This document shows, piece by piece, positions 1 to 8,655 of a DNA stretch of 50,299 nt. Numbering within the stretch: the stretch's first letter is position 1; each line of letters starts with the position of its first letter. The notes below the pieces were generated by a model. That model did not search any database. It saw nothing but the letters and a program-made list of their open reading frames with translations, and was not told the DNA's origin. A program made the position numbers and the translations under genes. Location of the stretch: assembly GCA_018823045.1 (NCBI GenBank), contig JAHJIX010000017.1, positions 1 to 50,299 on the forward strand, read 5' to 3'. The DNA comes from Patescibacteria group bacterium (GTDB lineage: Bacteria > Patescibacteriota > Patescibacteriia > Magasanikbacterales > UBA922).

Positions 1-49
1 GATTAAAAATTTTTATTAATATAATGCAAGTATATCATATATATTATTA

Positions 50-78
50 TTGTGAAAGAACCTAAAATCGTGTATAAT
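50..78 (+). promoter_or_regulatory. sigma70-type promoter candidate (TTGTGA-N17-TATAAT)
   Basis: TTGTGA at 50-55, 17-bp spacer, perfect TATAAT at 73-78. Confidence 0.55.
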
Positions 79-84
79 AATGCA

Positions 85-270
85 CATGGTGTTCAGCAAC
101 AGCAAACATAAAGGAGAATGTGTGAATTACACTATACCCAAAAAAATAACTAAAGCCACAGTAATTAACAGTCAACTTGGCAACAAAGCCTACCTCTGAG
201 CTAAACCACCACCTTGCTGAACACCACCTCAAACAAATTAACACCCTATTCGTTTTGAATAGGGTTTTTT
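85..270 (+). ncRNA. candidate ~185-nt structured transcript containing a 25-codon sORF (122-199)
   Basis: Upstream promoter; GGTGTTCAGCAA (88-99) pairs perfectly with TTGCTGAACACC (214-225); AAAGGAG SD then GTG start; terminator at 243-270. Confidence 0.35.
243..270 (+). terminator. intrinsic terminator
   Basis: ACCCTATTC-GTTTT-GAATAGGGT followed by a T run on the + strand. Confidence 0.7.
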
Positions 271-274
271 ATAT

Positions 275-844
275 TTATCTTGCAATCCAACTAGAAGCAA
301 GTGTTGCATCACAAGCCATTTTTGCATACTTAATACCCTCAGCTTCAATTTCTCCCCCACCATATGGATACATCCATACGACCATATCCGCTTGTGTTCC
401 TTCTCCAGTATTACACCCACCATAACTATCTTGCGGACAAGCATCCTTTGAAAATGTTCCGCTATCGCTACAATTTAATCGCGCAGAATCTCCTGTCCAA
501 AATGATCCGTAATAATCAATACAGGTTGAACTCTCAGCAATGGCGTTACAGCTCCCTTTAATATTTTTACCTGACAATTTGTCTCCTTCTGCTTTAATCA
601 AATCATCCACTATTCCCATTTGTTCATTTTGATGCGCTTCTGTTGTTGCATCATCTAACTCTCGCATATAATCTTCTTCAAACTCAGTATCTCCATCTGC
701 TCTGAGAGCATCTGCTTCTTCTTGTGTCATGAGTTCCCCACCTTCTCGTTCATTTTGAAAGTCTTCATCTATTTCTGTTTTATTACATCCAACAGTGACA
801 AAACAAAGGGCAAGGATACATAGTGTTGTGAGTGTTTTTTTCAT
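275..844 (-). CDS. putative lipoprotein with Cys-rich C-terminal domain
   Basis: Signal peptide ending VTVGC, acidic linker, six Cys in the C-terminal ~90 aa. Confidence 0.7.
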   Translation of the reverse strand: MKKTLTTLCILALCFVTVGCNKTEIDEDFQNEREGGELMTQEEADALRADGDTEFEEDYMRELDDATTEAHQNEQMGIVDDLIKAEGDKLSGKNIKGSCNAIAESSTCIDYYGSFWTGDSARLNCSDSGTFSKDACPQDSYGGCNTGEGTQADMVVWMYPYGGGEIEAEGIKYAKMACDATLASSWIAR

Positions 845-855
845 ATATCTATATA

Positions 856-1449
856 TTAATTAACTATATTATTTTTTAACCACAAAGCAAATTTCCTTAC
901 ACAACCACAGTCATCACCCTTTCTATTACTACTCCAATCCCCCATTTCTTCAGCTGTCATCTCTGCAAATGTTTTTGTTTTTCCTTCTGGAATAAATATT
1001 TTATGAATCTCTCCCCAGTTATGCGCCCCGAGTTCACCTCGTTCTTCTTCTGCAAGTCTCCCTCGAGTAATGGTTTCAAAAAAAACTGGTTCATCAAGTG
1101 TCTCATCCATATAGGCAACAGTATCTCGAAATTCACAACTTCTGTCAAGTCCAGATATTAACTTTAAAATTCCTTTATTTCCAATCGTTTCCATAGCAAA
1201 ATTCACATAAGCCTTTGGAAATCCATTTAATGCTGGAATATAAAATCCGCCATCTTGAGCAATACAAGGCTTTCCTATATGATCAAACGCATACAACACT
1301 TTTTCATGTGCAATCACCTTTGTTTCATCAGAGCGTGGTTCTGGAATTTCAATCTCTACTGACACCACATCAATATCTACCCCTTCAAAATTTCTATTGA
1401 GTGATATTATTTTTGCTTTATTTGTAGTTGCGAAGTGAATGTGTTTCAT
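856..1449 (-). CDS. rdgB: non-canonical purine NTP pyrophosphatase (Ham1/RdgB family)
   Basis: FATTNKAK N-terminal motif, QDGGFYIPALNGFP, WGEIHKIFIPEGKTKTFAEM. Confidence 0.85.
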   Translation of the reverse strand: MKHIHFATTNKAKIISLNRNFEGVDIDVVSVEIEIPEPRSDETKVIAHEKVLYAFDHIGKPCIAQDGGFYIPALNGFPKAYVNFAMETIGNKGILKLISGLDRSCEFRDTVAYMDETLDEPVFFETITRGRLAEEERGELGAHNWGEIHKIFIPEGKTKTFAEMTAEEMGDWSSNRKGDDCGCVRKFALWLKNNIVN

Positions 1450-1451
1450 AT

Positions 1452-1805
1452 TTACTCTATTTCTTTTGTTAACTTTTCATTCTCCCAATGCCGATCTTTA
1501 TCTCTCTTTGTCTTCTTTGCCATATTCTTTTTGAATGCTTCCGTGAGGTCTATTCCGCTTTGATTGGCAAGGCAAATAAGAACAAAAAGAACATCCGCCA
1601 TTTCATCAGCTAGTTCTCCTTTTTCAGCTCCTTTTTTGAAGCTTTGATCTCCGTGTGTTCTGATGAGGATACGGGAGAGTTCCCCTACTTCTTCCATGAG
1701 TTGCCCGAGGTTTGTAAGTTCAGAGAAATATCTGACTCCTATTTCTTTGATCCATTCATCTACCTCCGTTTGAGCTTCGCTCAGGGTTATGTTTTGGTTT
1801 GGCAT
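1452..1805 (-). CDS. MazG-like nucleotide pyrophosphohydrolase
   Basis: LMEEVGELSR and ELADEMADVLF motifs of the MazG all-alpha NTP-PPase fold. Confidence 0.9.
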   Translation of the reverse strand: MPNQNITLSEAQTEVDEWIKEIGVRYFSELTNLGQLMEEVGELSRILIRTHGDQSFKKGAEKGELADEMADVLFVLICLANQSGIDLTEAFKKNMAKKTKRDKDRHWENEKLTKEIE

Positions 1806-1806
1806 A

Positions 1807-2319
1807 TTATTTCTTCAATAATAAATCACTATAAGAAAGAGAAATCAAATCCTCTTCACAAATTTCAAATAAATTAAGATAAAAATTACATTGTTCAAGT
1901 AATTTTTCTTTTCCTATAGAACCATCCTTATCAATAGCCTCAATCTCTACAAAGGTTCCTAAATCTTCTACCACATCAATATGAAATTTCACATTATCAA
2001 TAAAGTAAATTTCTCTTTTCTTATCAACTATAGTAAGAATGCCAAGCGATTTTGTTAAAATATCTTTTAAAGAAGAATTTGGAACAAAATTATAAAGAGT
2101 AACATCTGACTGTTTCGGTCCTTCTTTATTTTCTCTTTGATAATGAATTAATTTATTTTCAATATTTCCTTCTCGAAGTTTTAATCTTCCATTGTTAACC
2201 TTAAAATATGTATCAATTTGATGGTCCACTCCCTTAAAATCTGCATTTTTTGATTTCAAAATATCTCGAATAGCTTCTTGATTATTTGATTTTGCCTTAA
2301 TTTCAATATTTAGTTCCAT
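1807..2319 (-). CDS. cyaB: CYTH-domain protein (class IV adenylate cyclase-like)
   Basis: NIEIKAK, QIDTYF, RLKLRE, KKREIY, LGTFVEIE motifs; start set to MELNIEIK at 2319. Confidence 0.88.
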   Translation of the reverse strand: MELNIEIKAKSNNQEAIRDILKSKNADFKGVDHQIDTYFKVNNGRLKLREGNIENKLIHYQRENKEGPKQSDVTLYNFVPNSSLKDILTKSLGILTIVDKKREIYFIDNVKFHIDVVEDLGTFVEIEAIDKDGSIGKEKLLEQCNFYLNLFEICEEDLISLSYSDLLLKK

Positions 2320-2827
2320 ATTCATTATCATTTAATTTTTTAATAATATTTTCCACTAATTTTTCTACAGGTTTATCTGTAATTATTTCTATCTTCCTCC
2401 CAGGCAATTTTGAATAATCAACATCTTTTGGTGTAAGATTTTTAAGCAACTTTTTATCAGCCTCTCTGTGACAATCATGCCTTTCTCTTGTCAGGATCCT
2501 TTTTTTTCTTGTTTCAACATCAGCGCTACAAATTATACAAGTTAAATCAATTTTATATTTTTTTTGCCATTTTTTTAGAATTTTTCTATCACCTTCAAAA
2601 ATAAAGGGAGATTCCATTATCAAATCTACATTGTTTTTGACTTGATCTTCAGCAAGATGAAAATACAACTTATAACTGTCTTCCGTATGAAAATTTAATT
2701 TTTCGTATAAACCAGCTTTGATAGTGTCTTTGTGCAAACAACAAATATTAAGCCTCTTTGATAATTCACGAGCAAGCGTGCTTTTTCCTGTACCAGCAAG
2801 TCCGCAAATGATTATTAATTTACTCAT
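2303..2827 (-). CDS. P-loop kinase (AAA_33 / gluconate-shikimate kinase-like)
   Basis: Walker A GLAGTGKST at the N-terminus; R..R..R lid-like segment. Confidence 0.8.
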   Translation of the reverse strand: MSKLIIICGLAGTGKSTLARELSKRLNICCLHKDTIKAGLYEKLNFHTEDSYKLYFHLAEDQVKNNVDLIMESPFIFEGDRKILKKWQKKYKIDLTCIICSADVETRKKRILTRERHDCHREADKKLLKNLTPKDVDYSKLPGRKIEIITDKPVEKLVENIIKKLNDNEYGTKY

Positions 2828-2855
2828 AGCATAATTCTATTATTTAAAACTTTTC

Positions 2856-2910
2856 TAATTGTGCAGCGGCCGTTGCACAATTATGAACTATGGCGAATTC
2901 GCCACAATTA
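2856..2910. repeat. two adjacent palindromes sharing a CACAATTA arm
   Basis: TAATTGTGCA-N8-TGCACAATTA (2856-2883) and TGGCGAATTCGCCA-CAATTA (2891-2910). Confidence 0.55.
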
Positions 2911-2932
2911 AGCTATATCGTCCCCTACCTTT

Positions 2933-3403
2933 TTAAACCGAATAAACAACAATATAAGGATGATCACTTCCCACGCTCATCGGAATACCCGCAAATTCTC
3001 CATTTTTTATCACATCAGGATTATTCATATTCCTTTCACGAATAAAAAACACTTCTGCATCATATTTATTATCAATAAACTTCTTATTTCTATATGCCAA
3101 ATTCATTTCATCATCTGGAAAAGGTTTTCCATCTGGCTCTCTTAGAAGCCAATTAGGAATAACATAATCATCTGAGACAAACACAATAAAATCAAAATCA
3201 GAATAAAGGCTTCCCCGAAATCCTGGTTCTTCATACTTTCCAAATGTTCCTTTGACAGAAGATCCCATCATTGTAATTTTGAGTATTCCTTCATCAGGCA
3301 AAAGTAAATTTTTTATCTTTTCAATCGCCTTTTCACGAAGTTCTAATTGTTTTTCTTGTGAAAAAGGTGTTTTTGGTGGGCGGGTTTTTAGGTGTTGTTC
3401 CAT
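2933..3403 (-). CDS. nucleotidyltransferase-domain protein (Pol beta superfamily)
   Basis: GS...SDFDFIV motif (MGSSVKG...YSDFDF). Confidence 0.7.
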   Translation of the reverse strand: MEQHLKTRPPKTPFSQEKQLELREKAIEKIKNLLLPDEGILKITMMGSSVKGTFGKYEEPGFRGSLYSDFDFIVFVSDDYVIPNWLLREPDGKPFPDDEMNLAYRNKKFIDNKYDAEVFFIRERNMNNPDVIKNGEFAGIPMSVGSDHPYIVVYSV

Positions 3404-3480
3404 ATTGTCATATTTTTATTGTGAAAATATTGTTGTAATTAAAGTTTTGTTGTGATTTTAAATTTTGATTACTTCGTTCT

Positions 3481-3506
3481 GAGACGCAGCGGTGCGGGGT
3501 CTCTAC
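3481..3506 (-). repeat. GTAG-family REP (degenerate)
   Basis: Reverse complement GTAGAGACCCCGCACCGCTGCGTCTC: GTAG tag plus GAGAC/GTCTC stem. Confidence 0.6.
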
Positions 3507-3665
3507 GGGGTATTATTTATAGTTTTCATCCTCTTTCCAAAACAAAGATAATCTTGAATTTGATTTTTTATTTTTGTGTAAATTGATTTATAAGATCTAA
3601 TTATAATAAATACAAAAGCTGATCTTAATTTATAAAAAATATTGAATTTTCAAATCTGTTCGTCT

Positions 3666-3692
3666 GTAGAGACGTCAGCACTGCTGCGTCTT
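3666..3692 (+). repeat. GTAG-family REP
   Basis: GTAG-AGACG-T-CAGCA-C-TGCTG-CGTCT hairpin. Confidence 0.65.
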
Positions 3693-3760
3693 GTCCTTTG
3701 CATTGTTCTTTAAATAATTTTTAATTCTATTATTTTCATTACCTTAACCAATTGTCATAT

Positions 3761-4141
3761 CTAAGCAAAGAATGAAAATAAAATAATTATCAGTAATAAG
3801 ATTAAAAGCAAAACAAAATATTTCTTAAAATATTGATCTTTCACTTCCCTACAAAATTCTTTTATTGTATTTATATTAAATTTTTTAGGAAATTGTTTTT
3901 TCATCTTATATAATCGAAAAGCAATACAGAATACTGATAAAATAAAAATAATTGATACTATTCCCAAAAGATACATATCATATATACCAAAACACGGAAA
4001 TGAATTTTCAATACTTTGTTCACATGGGAAAAAGATATTAACGATAGCACCAAAGAAAAGAGTAGCGCCATCAATAAAATATAATAGTATTGAAGACAAT
4101 GCTATGATAAGAGGGGCTTTTATTTCTTTATATATTGACAT
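3761..4141 (-). CDS. hypothetical membrane protein
   Basis: 126-aa ORF with three hydrophobic segments; part of the co-directional array. Confidence 0.65.
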   Translation of the reverse strand: MSIYKEIKAPLIIALSSILLYFIDGATLFFGAIVNIFFPCEQSIENSFPCFGIYDMYLLGIVSIIFILSVFCIAFRLYKMKKQFPKKFNINTIKEFCREVKDQYFKKYFVLLLILLLIIILFSFFA

Positions 4142-4415
4142 ATTTTTTTAAAAATTGAATTAGCATATAAATTATTAAAGATAAAAGAAGAACATTCAAC
4201 CCAAAAAGTATATAAGACATCTCTTCTCCCCAAACACCACACCAATAAAATGGAATTGGGAACCCTCCCCATCCTTCAATTATTCCTCCAGTATCTGATA
4301 TCGTACATTTTGTACCAATGCCTTTACTTAGTATAGTAAAAACAAATCCAAATAACATACTGGAAATTATTTGAAAGATATGAGGTTTGTTTATTTTTTC
4401 ATTATCTTCTGTCAT
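4128..4415 (-). CDS. hypothetical membrane protein
   Basis: 95 aa, two TM segments flanking a GWGGFPIPF loop. Confidence 0.65.
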   Translation of the reverse strand: MTEDNEKINKPHIFQIISSMLFGFVFTILSKGIGTKCTISDTGGIIEGWGGFPIPFYWCGVWGEEMSYILFGLNVLLLSLIIYMLIQFLKKYVNI

Positions 4416-4427
4416 AATATTAAATAA

Positions 4428-4850
4428 TTACTTTATTTTTTTAACCATCAATATGCAATCAATATTCACTTCCTTTATGCTTTCAAATCCCAAACTTTTA
4501 TAAAAATCAACAGCTGACTTAACACTATTTGTACATATTTCATCAAAACCTTTTTGAATTGCATAATTAAATATTTCTTGCATGATTAACTTACCAAATC
4601 CCTTTTTTTGATAATTAATATTTGTAAAAACTCTTTCAACTTTGTTTTTTTTCAAAGTAGCCGTTGCATAGATATTATTTTCATCTTTCAAAATAAAACA
4701 ATCATTTTTATCTTCTAATAAAGCTTTTGGGTCAGATTGTTGAGTCATAAATTTTACACCTTCTGGACTGAGATTTAGTAATGGAATTACTTCTCGAATC
4801 ATATTTGATGTCATTTCTAAATCTTTTTTACTTATTTTTGTAATAATCAT
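4428..4850 (-). CDS. GNAT family N-acetyltransferase
   Basis: VFTNINYQKKGFGKLIM acetyl-CoA motif A and AVDFYKSLGF; start moved to MIITK at 4850. Confidence 0.85.
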   Translation of the reverse strand: MIITKISKKDLEMTSNMIREVIPLLNLSPEGVKFMTQQSDPKALLEDKNDCFILKDENNIYATATLKKNKVERVFTNINYQKKGFGKLIMQEIFNYAIQKGFDEICTNSVKSAVDFYKSLGFESIKEVNIDCILMVKKIK

Positions 4851-4919
4851 CCTAATTTCAGTTAATAAATGATAGTTTTTTATTAATTTCACCAAGACAT
4901 CCACCTTGAACCATATAAA

Positions 4920-5213
4920 TTACTTTTTTATTTTCTTTTTATATATTGTGATTACTACCTCCTGGATGATGAATACTGGAATAAAAATCAGAAAAAAATT
5001 GCTCCAAGGAATGAAAGTCGCTGGTGGATTGCAGGGAGGTTGCCCACTAGCGCATTTCCAAGGGAAGGAAACAATCATATTTTGCTGATTTTCTAGATTT
5101 AATAGTGTGAAGACCATTGCAATAGCTAACGTAATGATCAACGCAGCCAATAGCCGTGCTATCATTTTGTTTAAAGTATACTTTTTCATAATATTTTTAT
5201 TTATAATTCTCAT
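4920..5213 (-). CDS. hypothetical membrane protein
   Basis: 97 aa, two TM segments and a CASGQPPC loop. Confidence 0.6.
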   Translation of the reverse strand: MRIINKNIMKKYTLNKMIARLLAALIITLAIAMVFTLLNLENQQNMIVSFPWKCASGQPPCNPPATFIPWSNFFLIFIPVFIIQEVVITIYKKKIKK

Positions 5214-5233
5214 CCTCCTCCCAATTTTTGGGA

Positions 5234-6163
5234 TTATCTATTATATATTGTTGTATGTTTAGAAATTCTCGTAATAATTTCCTTTCTTAACATCACATGC
5301 GGGGTGATTGCTATTTTCTTTTCTCTATCAATATCAAATTCAGAAAAATATTTTTCCAGATAGTCCAATGTTCTATCATCATTACAAATAATAACATTTC
5401 TTTTTTTATCGAGTTCTATCAAATTTAAAAATGACACTTCTGAATTGGCTGATCGTAAAAATTGATCAATTTCTTCTTGAAAATTATCGATAATGTGTTT
5501 TGAATCCCACACTTCTAGTTGTACAATAAATAATTCTGGATTAATATATTTAGAATCATTTTTTAGAGAATCCAAAATATTTTTTTCTATACTTTCTTGA
5601 ACTTCTGAAAAATATTCTTCTTCAAATGTTGATGAGTAATCGAAGAATGTTTTTAATTCTTCATAGGCAATCTTATCTTCTTCTTTCGTTATTTTTGCTT
5701 GAAAATTTAAGGTATTTGACAGTATTGCCACTGCTAATAATTCAGCAGATGACGGAGAAATCTTTTCAAGTAGATTTTCCTTTTCATATTCTCTAAAAAT
5801 AAGCGTTGCTGCTGCTCCAATTGGTTCAATGACAGCATGTTCTCCTATTTTTTCACTCCAATAACTTTCAAAACCGGGATGATGATCAAAAATATGTGAA
5901 ACATTATCTAATTTTACAATTTTGTCAAAATGATCTGGATCAGAGACATCTATTACGACAAAATCCACATCCTCTACGCTTGCATCTGTTTTGTTAACAT
6001 TCAAGTCTTTATACTTTTGTGTGACACTTGAATTACATGCAGCCGTTACTACTATTTCTGCCTCCTCTTTTTTTAAATCGAGTAATTCCTTATATGCAAA
6101 AAGACAGGCAAAAGCATCTATATCTATAAAGGTACTCCCAGATGTTATTATTTTTTTTCTCAT
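5234..6163 (-). CDS. DHH-family phosphoesterase, Mn-dependent inorganic pyrophosphatase (PpaC-like)
   Basis: DIDAFAC, VIDVSD, FDHH motifs; C-terminal VMLRKEI resembles PpaC. Confidence 0.8.
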   Translation of the reverse strand: MRKKIITSGSTFIDIDAFACLFAYKELLDLKKEEAEIVVTAACNSSVTQKYKDLNVNKTDASVEDVDFVVIDVSDPDHFDKIVKLDNVSHIFDHHPGFESYWSEKIGEHAVIEPIGAAATLIFREYEKENLLEKISPSSAELLAVAILSNTLNFQAKITKEEDKIAYEELKTFFDYSSTFEEEYFSEVQESIEKNILDSLKNDSKYINPELFIVQLEVWDSKHIIDNFQEEIDQFLRSANSEVSFLNLIELDKKRNVIICNDDRTLDYLEKYFSEFDIDREKKIAITPHVMLRKEIITRISKHTTIYNR

Positions 6164-6196
6164 ATTTGTTTTTGTTTTATAAAATTTTCTATGATA

Positions 6197-6514
6197 TTAT
6201 CTCTTTAATGACAAATCATCGAAATCTTTCTCTAAATCCTTTTTTTGCTCATCACTAAGATTATCTTCAAATATGTTATCTATCTCTTCTTCCGATATAT
6301 TCATCTTCTTTATTATCGCTAATAACTTTATTTCATTACCAACTTGATAAACCCTAATTAATTTTCGTAAACAGTCAGTCCTCTTCTCTGATTGAATTAA
6401 ATAAATTACAAATGCATATAACAAAAACCATTCAATACTATCAAATAAAAATAATATTAAAAAAGCTACAGTAATTTCAATAAAGTAAGCTAAAACTATT
6501 TTATAAAATTTCAT
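6197..6514 (-). CDS. hypothetical membrane protein
   Basis: 105 aa, N-terminal TM pair, acidic C-terminus. Confidence 0.6.
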   Translation of the reverse strand: MKFYKIVLAYFIEITVAFLILFLFDSIEWFLLYAFVIYLIQSEKRTDCLRKLIRVYQVGNEIKLLAIIKKMNISEEEIDNIFEDNLSDEQKKDLEKDFDDLSLKR

Positions 6515-6530
6515 ATTTATTATTCCTATA

Positions 6531-6589
6531 ATAAATTAATCCACCTCTTCACCCTCTTCAAAGTCTCCTCTTGCCCCAAAACACCAGCA
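6531..6589 (-). repeat. relic duplicate of the gltX 3' end
   Basis: 6553-6589 matches gltX 7185-7221 at 36/37 nt; continues in frame as AGVLGQEETLKRVKRWINLL*. Confidence 0.85.
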
Positions 6590-6590
6590 G

Positions 6591-7127
6591 TTATTTCAAC
6601 TCAAAATTGTAGTGACGGATGATTTGTTCAACAGCAGCTTCAGGCGATATATTGCCACTTTCAATCACAAAAGTATTTGTCCCGGGGATAACTACATGAT
6701 TTTTTGCCTTCATTTGACTGCGCAATTTTTCTACAGTAGCTATTTTGCCTACAGGTGCTCGATCATCTTGTATAACTCGTTTCTCTAACACATCAATTGG
6801 GCAGGAAAGAAACACGTAATGTATTTCCCCATCATATTTTTCCATGATCGCCTGAATATTTTTCAAGTAGGGCAAAAAATCTGGATGTGAATATGCCCAA
6901 GTAAATATTAGACCATCAATCTGAGATTTTGCAGCTGTTTCGAAGACAAGATGTCGAACATCCCAGATGAGATTTTTAAAACCCGTAGTTCCAAAATCGA
7001 AGACTGAACGAGCTACATCTACACTAATGTGATTATGAAATAATCGAAATCCAGTTTTGCGAGACAGCTGCTTGGCTATTGTTAGCTTACCTGAAGCTTC
7101 AGGGCCATATATGATAATAAGTTTCAT
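6591..7127 (-). CDS. P-loop kinase (shikimate/nucleoside kinase-like AAA family)
   Basis: GPEASGKLT P-loop and LFHNH motif. Confidence 0.8.
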   Translation of the reverse strand: MKLIIIYGPEASGKLTIAKQLSRKTGFRLFHNHISVDVARSVFDFGTTGFKNLIWDVRHLVFETAAKSQIDGLIFTWAYSHPDFLPYLKNIQAIMEKYDGEIHYVFLSCPIDVLEKRVIQDDRAPVGKIATVEKLRSQMKAKNHVVIPGTNTFVIESGNISPEAAVEQIIRHYNFELK

Positions 7128-7154
7128 AGTCAGTCAATTTTTCTAATAGATTTA

Positions 7155-8627
7155 CTAAACCAACCCCTCAATTCCCTTCTTAATCCTCTTCAAAGTCTCC
7201 TCTTGCCCTAAAACACCAGCAATCTCAAAAGGACTTGGAGAATTCTTTCGTCCAGAGAGCGCTGTACGCATTGGCCAAAGCACATCCCCTACCCCAAAGT
7301 TATTATTTTGAATCCATTTTTTCATTTCATCTTCAAGTACCTCTTGTTTCCAAAAAGCAAAATTCTTGAGAAATTCATAAAGGAACTCTAATTTTTCTTT
7401 GCTTTCTTCTTTGGTCGCTTTTTTCCAAATGATGAGCTCAGGATCATATTCTAATTCTGTTGCAAAAATATAGCCAAGAGACTCTGGAAGCTCTGTAAAT
7501 ACCTCCATACGCTCTTTTTCGAGTGCTACGACGCTTTCAAGCCACTCCATATCTACATCATCACCCACGAGCCCAGCATTTTTTAGATATGGCAAAGAAT
7601 GGCGTGCAAAATCAATATTCGACATGCCCTTTATATATTGTTTATTATACCAAGCAAGCTTTTCACGGTTAAATACTGCTGCAGACTTCGCTACTTTGTC
7701 AAAATCAAATTCTTTTTCAAGTTCTGCAAGAGAAAAGATTTCTCTATCATCACCAGGATTCCAACCAAGAAAAGAAATAAAATTCACCAAAGCTTCAGGC
7801 AAATATCCTTTTTCTTTGAAATCTTCTACCGCTACGTCCCCATGACGCTTGCTGAGTTTTGCTTTTTGTTCGTTTACAAGAAGAGACAAATGCGCAAACT
7901 GAGGCGCTTCCCATCCAAACATTTCGTAGAGCATAATATGCTTTGGTGTTGAAGAAATCCATTCTTCTCCGCGGATGACATGAGTGATTTCCATCAAATG
8001 ATCGTCCACTACCACCGCAAAGTGATAAGTTGGGAAACCATCAGACTTCATGAGTACTTGATCATCAATAAGCTCATTTTTGAATTCAACTTCTCCGCGT
8101 ACCATATCAGTAAACTTCGTTACACCTTCCTTTGGCATTTTAAGACGGATAACATGACTTTCTCCTGCTGCAATCTTTGCATCCACTTCTTCTTTGCTGA
8201 GTTCTCGACAATGTCCATCATATCCTGTAGGCATTTTGTTGAGTTCTTGCATTTTTCTTACCTCATCAAGTCGCTCTTTCCCACAAAAACAATGATAAGC
8301 ATGCCCTTTTTCTAGAAGCACATCCATGTTTTCTTTATAAATAGGAAGACGCTCTGACTGAATATATGGTCCATGATCTCCTAATTGAACAGTGTTTCCA
8401 AGTGGATCAAGAGTTACGCCTTCATCAATTTCAATTCCTCCCCATGCGAGAGACTTTACCATAGCTTCTATACTTCCTTCTACAAGGCGTGCTCTATCCG
8501 TATCTTCTACCCGAAGAACAAAGCTTCCATTATGCTTTTTGGCATATAAATAAGCATAGAGTGCTGTACGCAGGCTTCCAACATGTAAAAACCCAGTCGG
8601 TGATGGTGCAAATCTTGTTTTAATCAT
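7155..8627 (-). CDS. gltX: glutamate--tRNA ligase
   Basis: RFAPSPTGFLHVG (HIGH), LRVEDTD, IRGEEW, KLSKR (KMSKS). Confidence 0.98.
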   Translation of the reverse strand: MIKTRFAPSPTGFLHVGSLRTALYAYLYAKKHNGSFVLRVEDTDRARLVEGSIEAMVKSLAWGGIEIDEGVTLDPLGNTVQLGDHGPYIQSERLPIYKENMDVLLEKGHAYHCFCGKERLDEVRKMQELNKMPTGYDGHCRELSKEEVDAKIAAGESHVIRLKMPKEGVTKFTDMVRGEVEFKNELIDDQVLMKSDGFPTYHFAVVVDDHLMEITHVIRGEEWISSTPKHIMLYEMFGWEAPQFAHLSLLVNEQKAKLSKRHGDVAVEDFKEKGYLPEALVNFISFLGWNPGDDREIFSLAELEKEFDFDKVAKSAAVFNREKLAWYNKQYIKGMSNIDFARHSLPYLKNAGLVGDDVDMEWLESVVALEKERMEVFTELPESLGYIFATELEYDPELIIWKKATKEESKEKLEFLYEFLKNFAFWKQEVLEDEMKKWIQNNNFGVGDVLWPMRTALSGRKNSPSPFEIAGVLGQEETLKRIKKGIEGLV

Positions 8628-8655
8628 ACGGTAATTAATTATAATTTATAGATCT

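Noticed and set aside
85-270. tmRNA, SRP RNA, tRNA or c-di-GMP riboswitch call for the 5' structured unit
   Set aside because: No tRNA-like domain, no SRP GGAA/AGCAG loop, and only fragmentary riboswitch-like words; left as an unassigned candidate.
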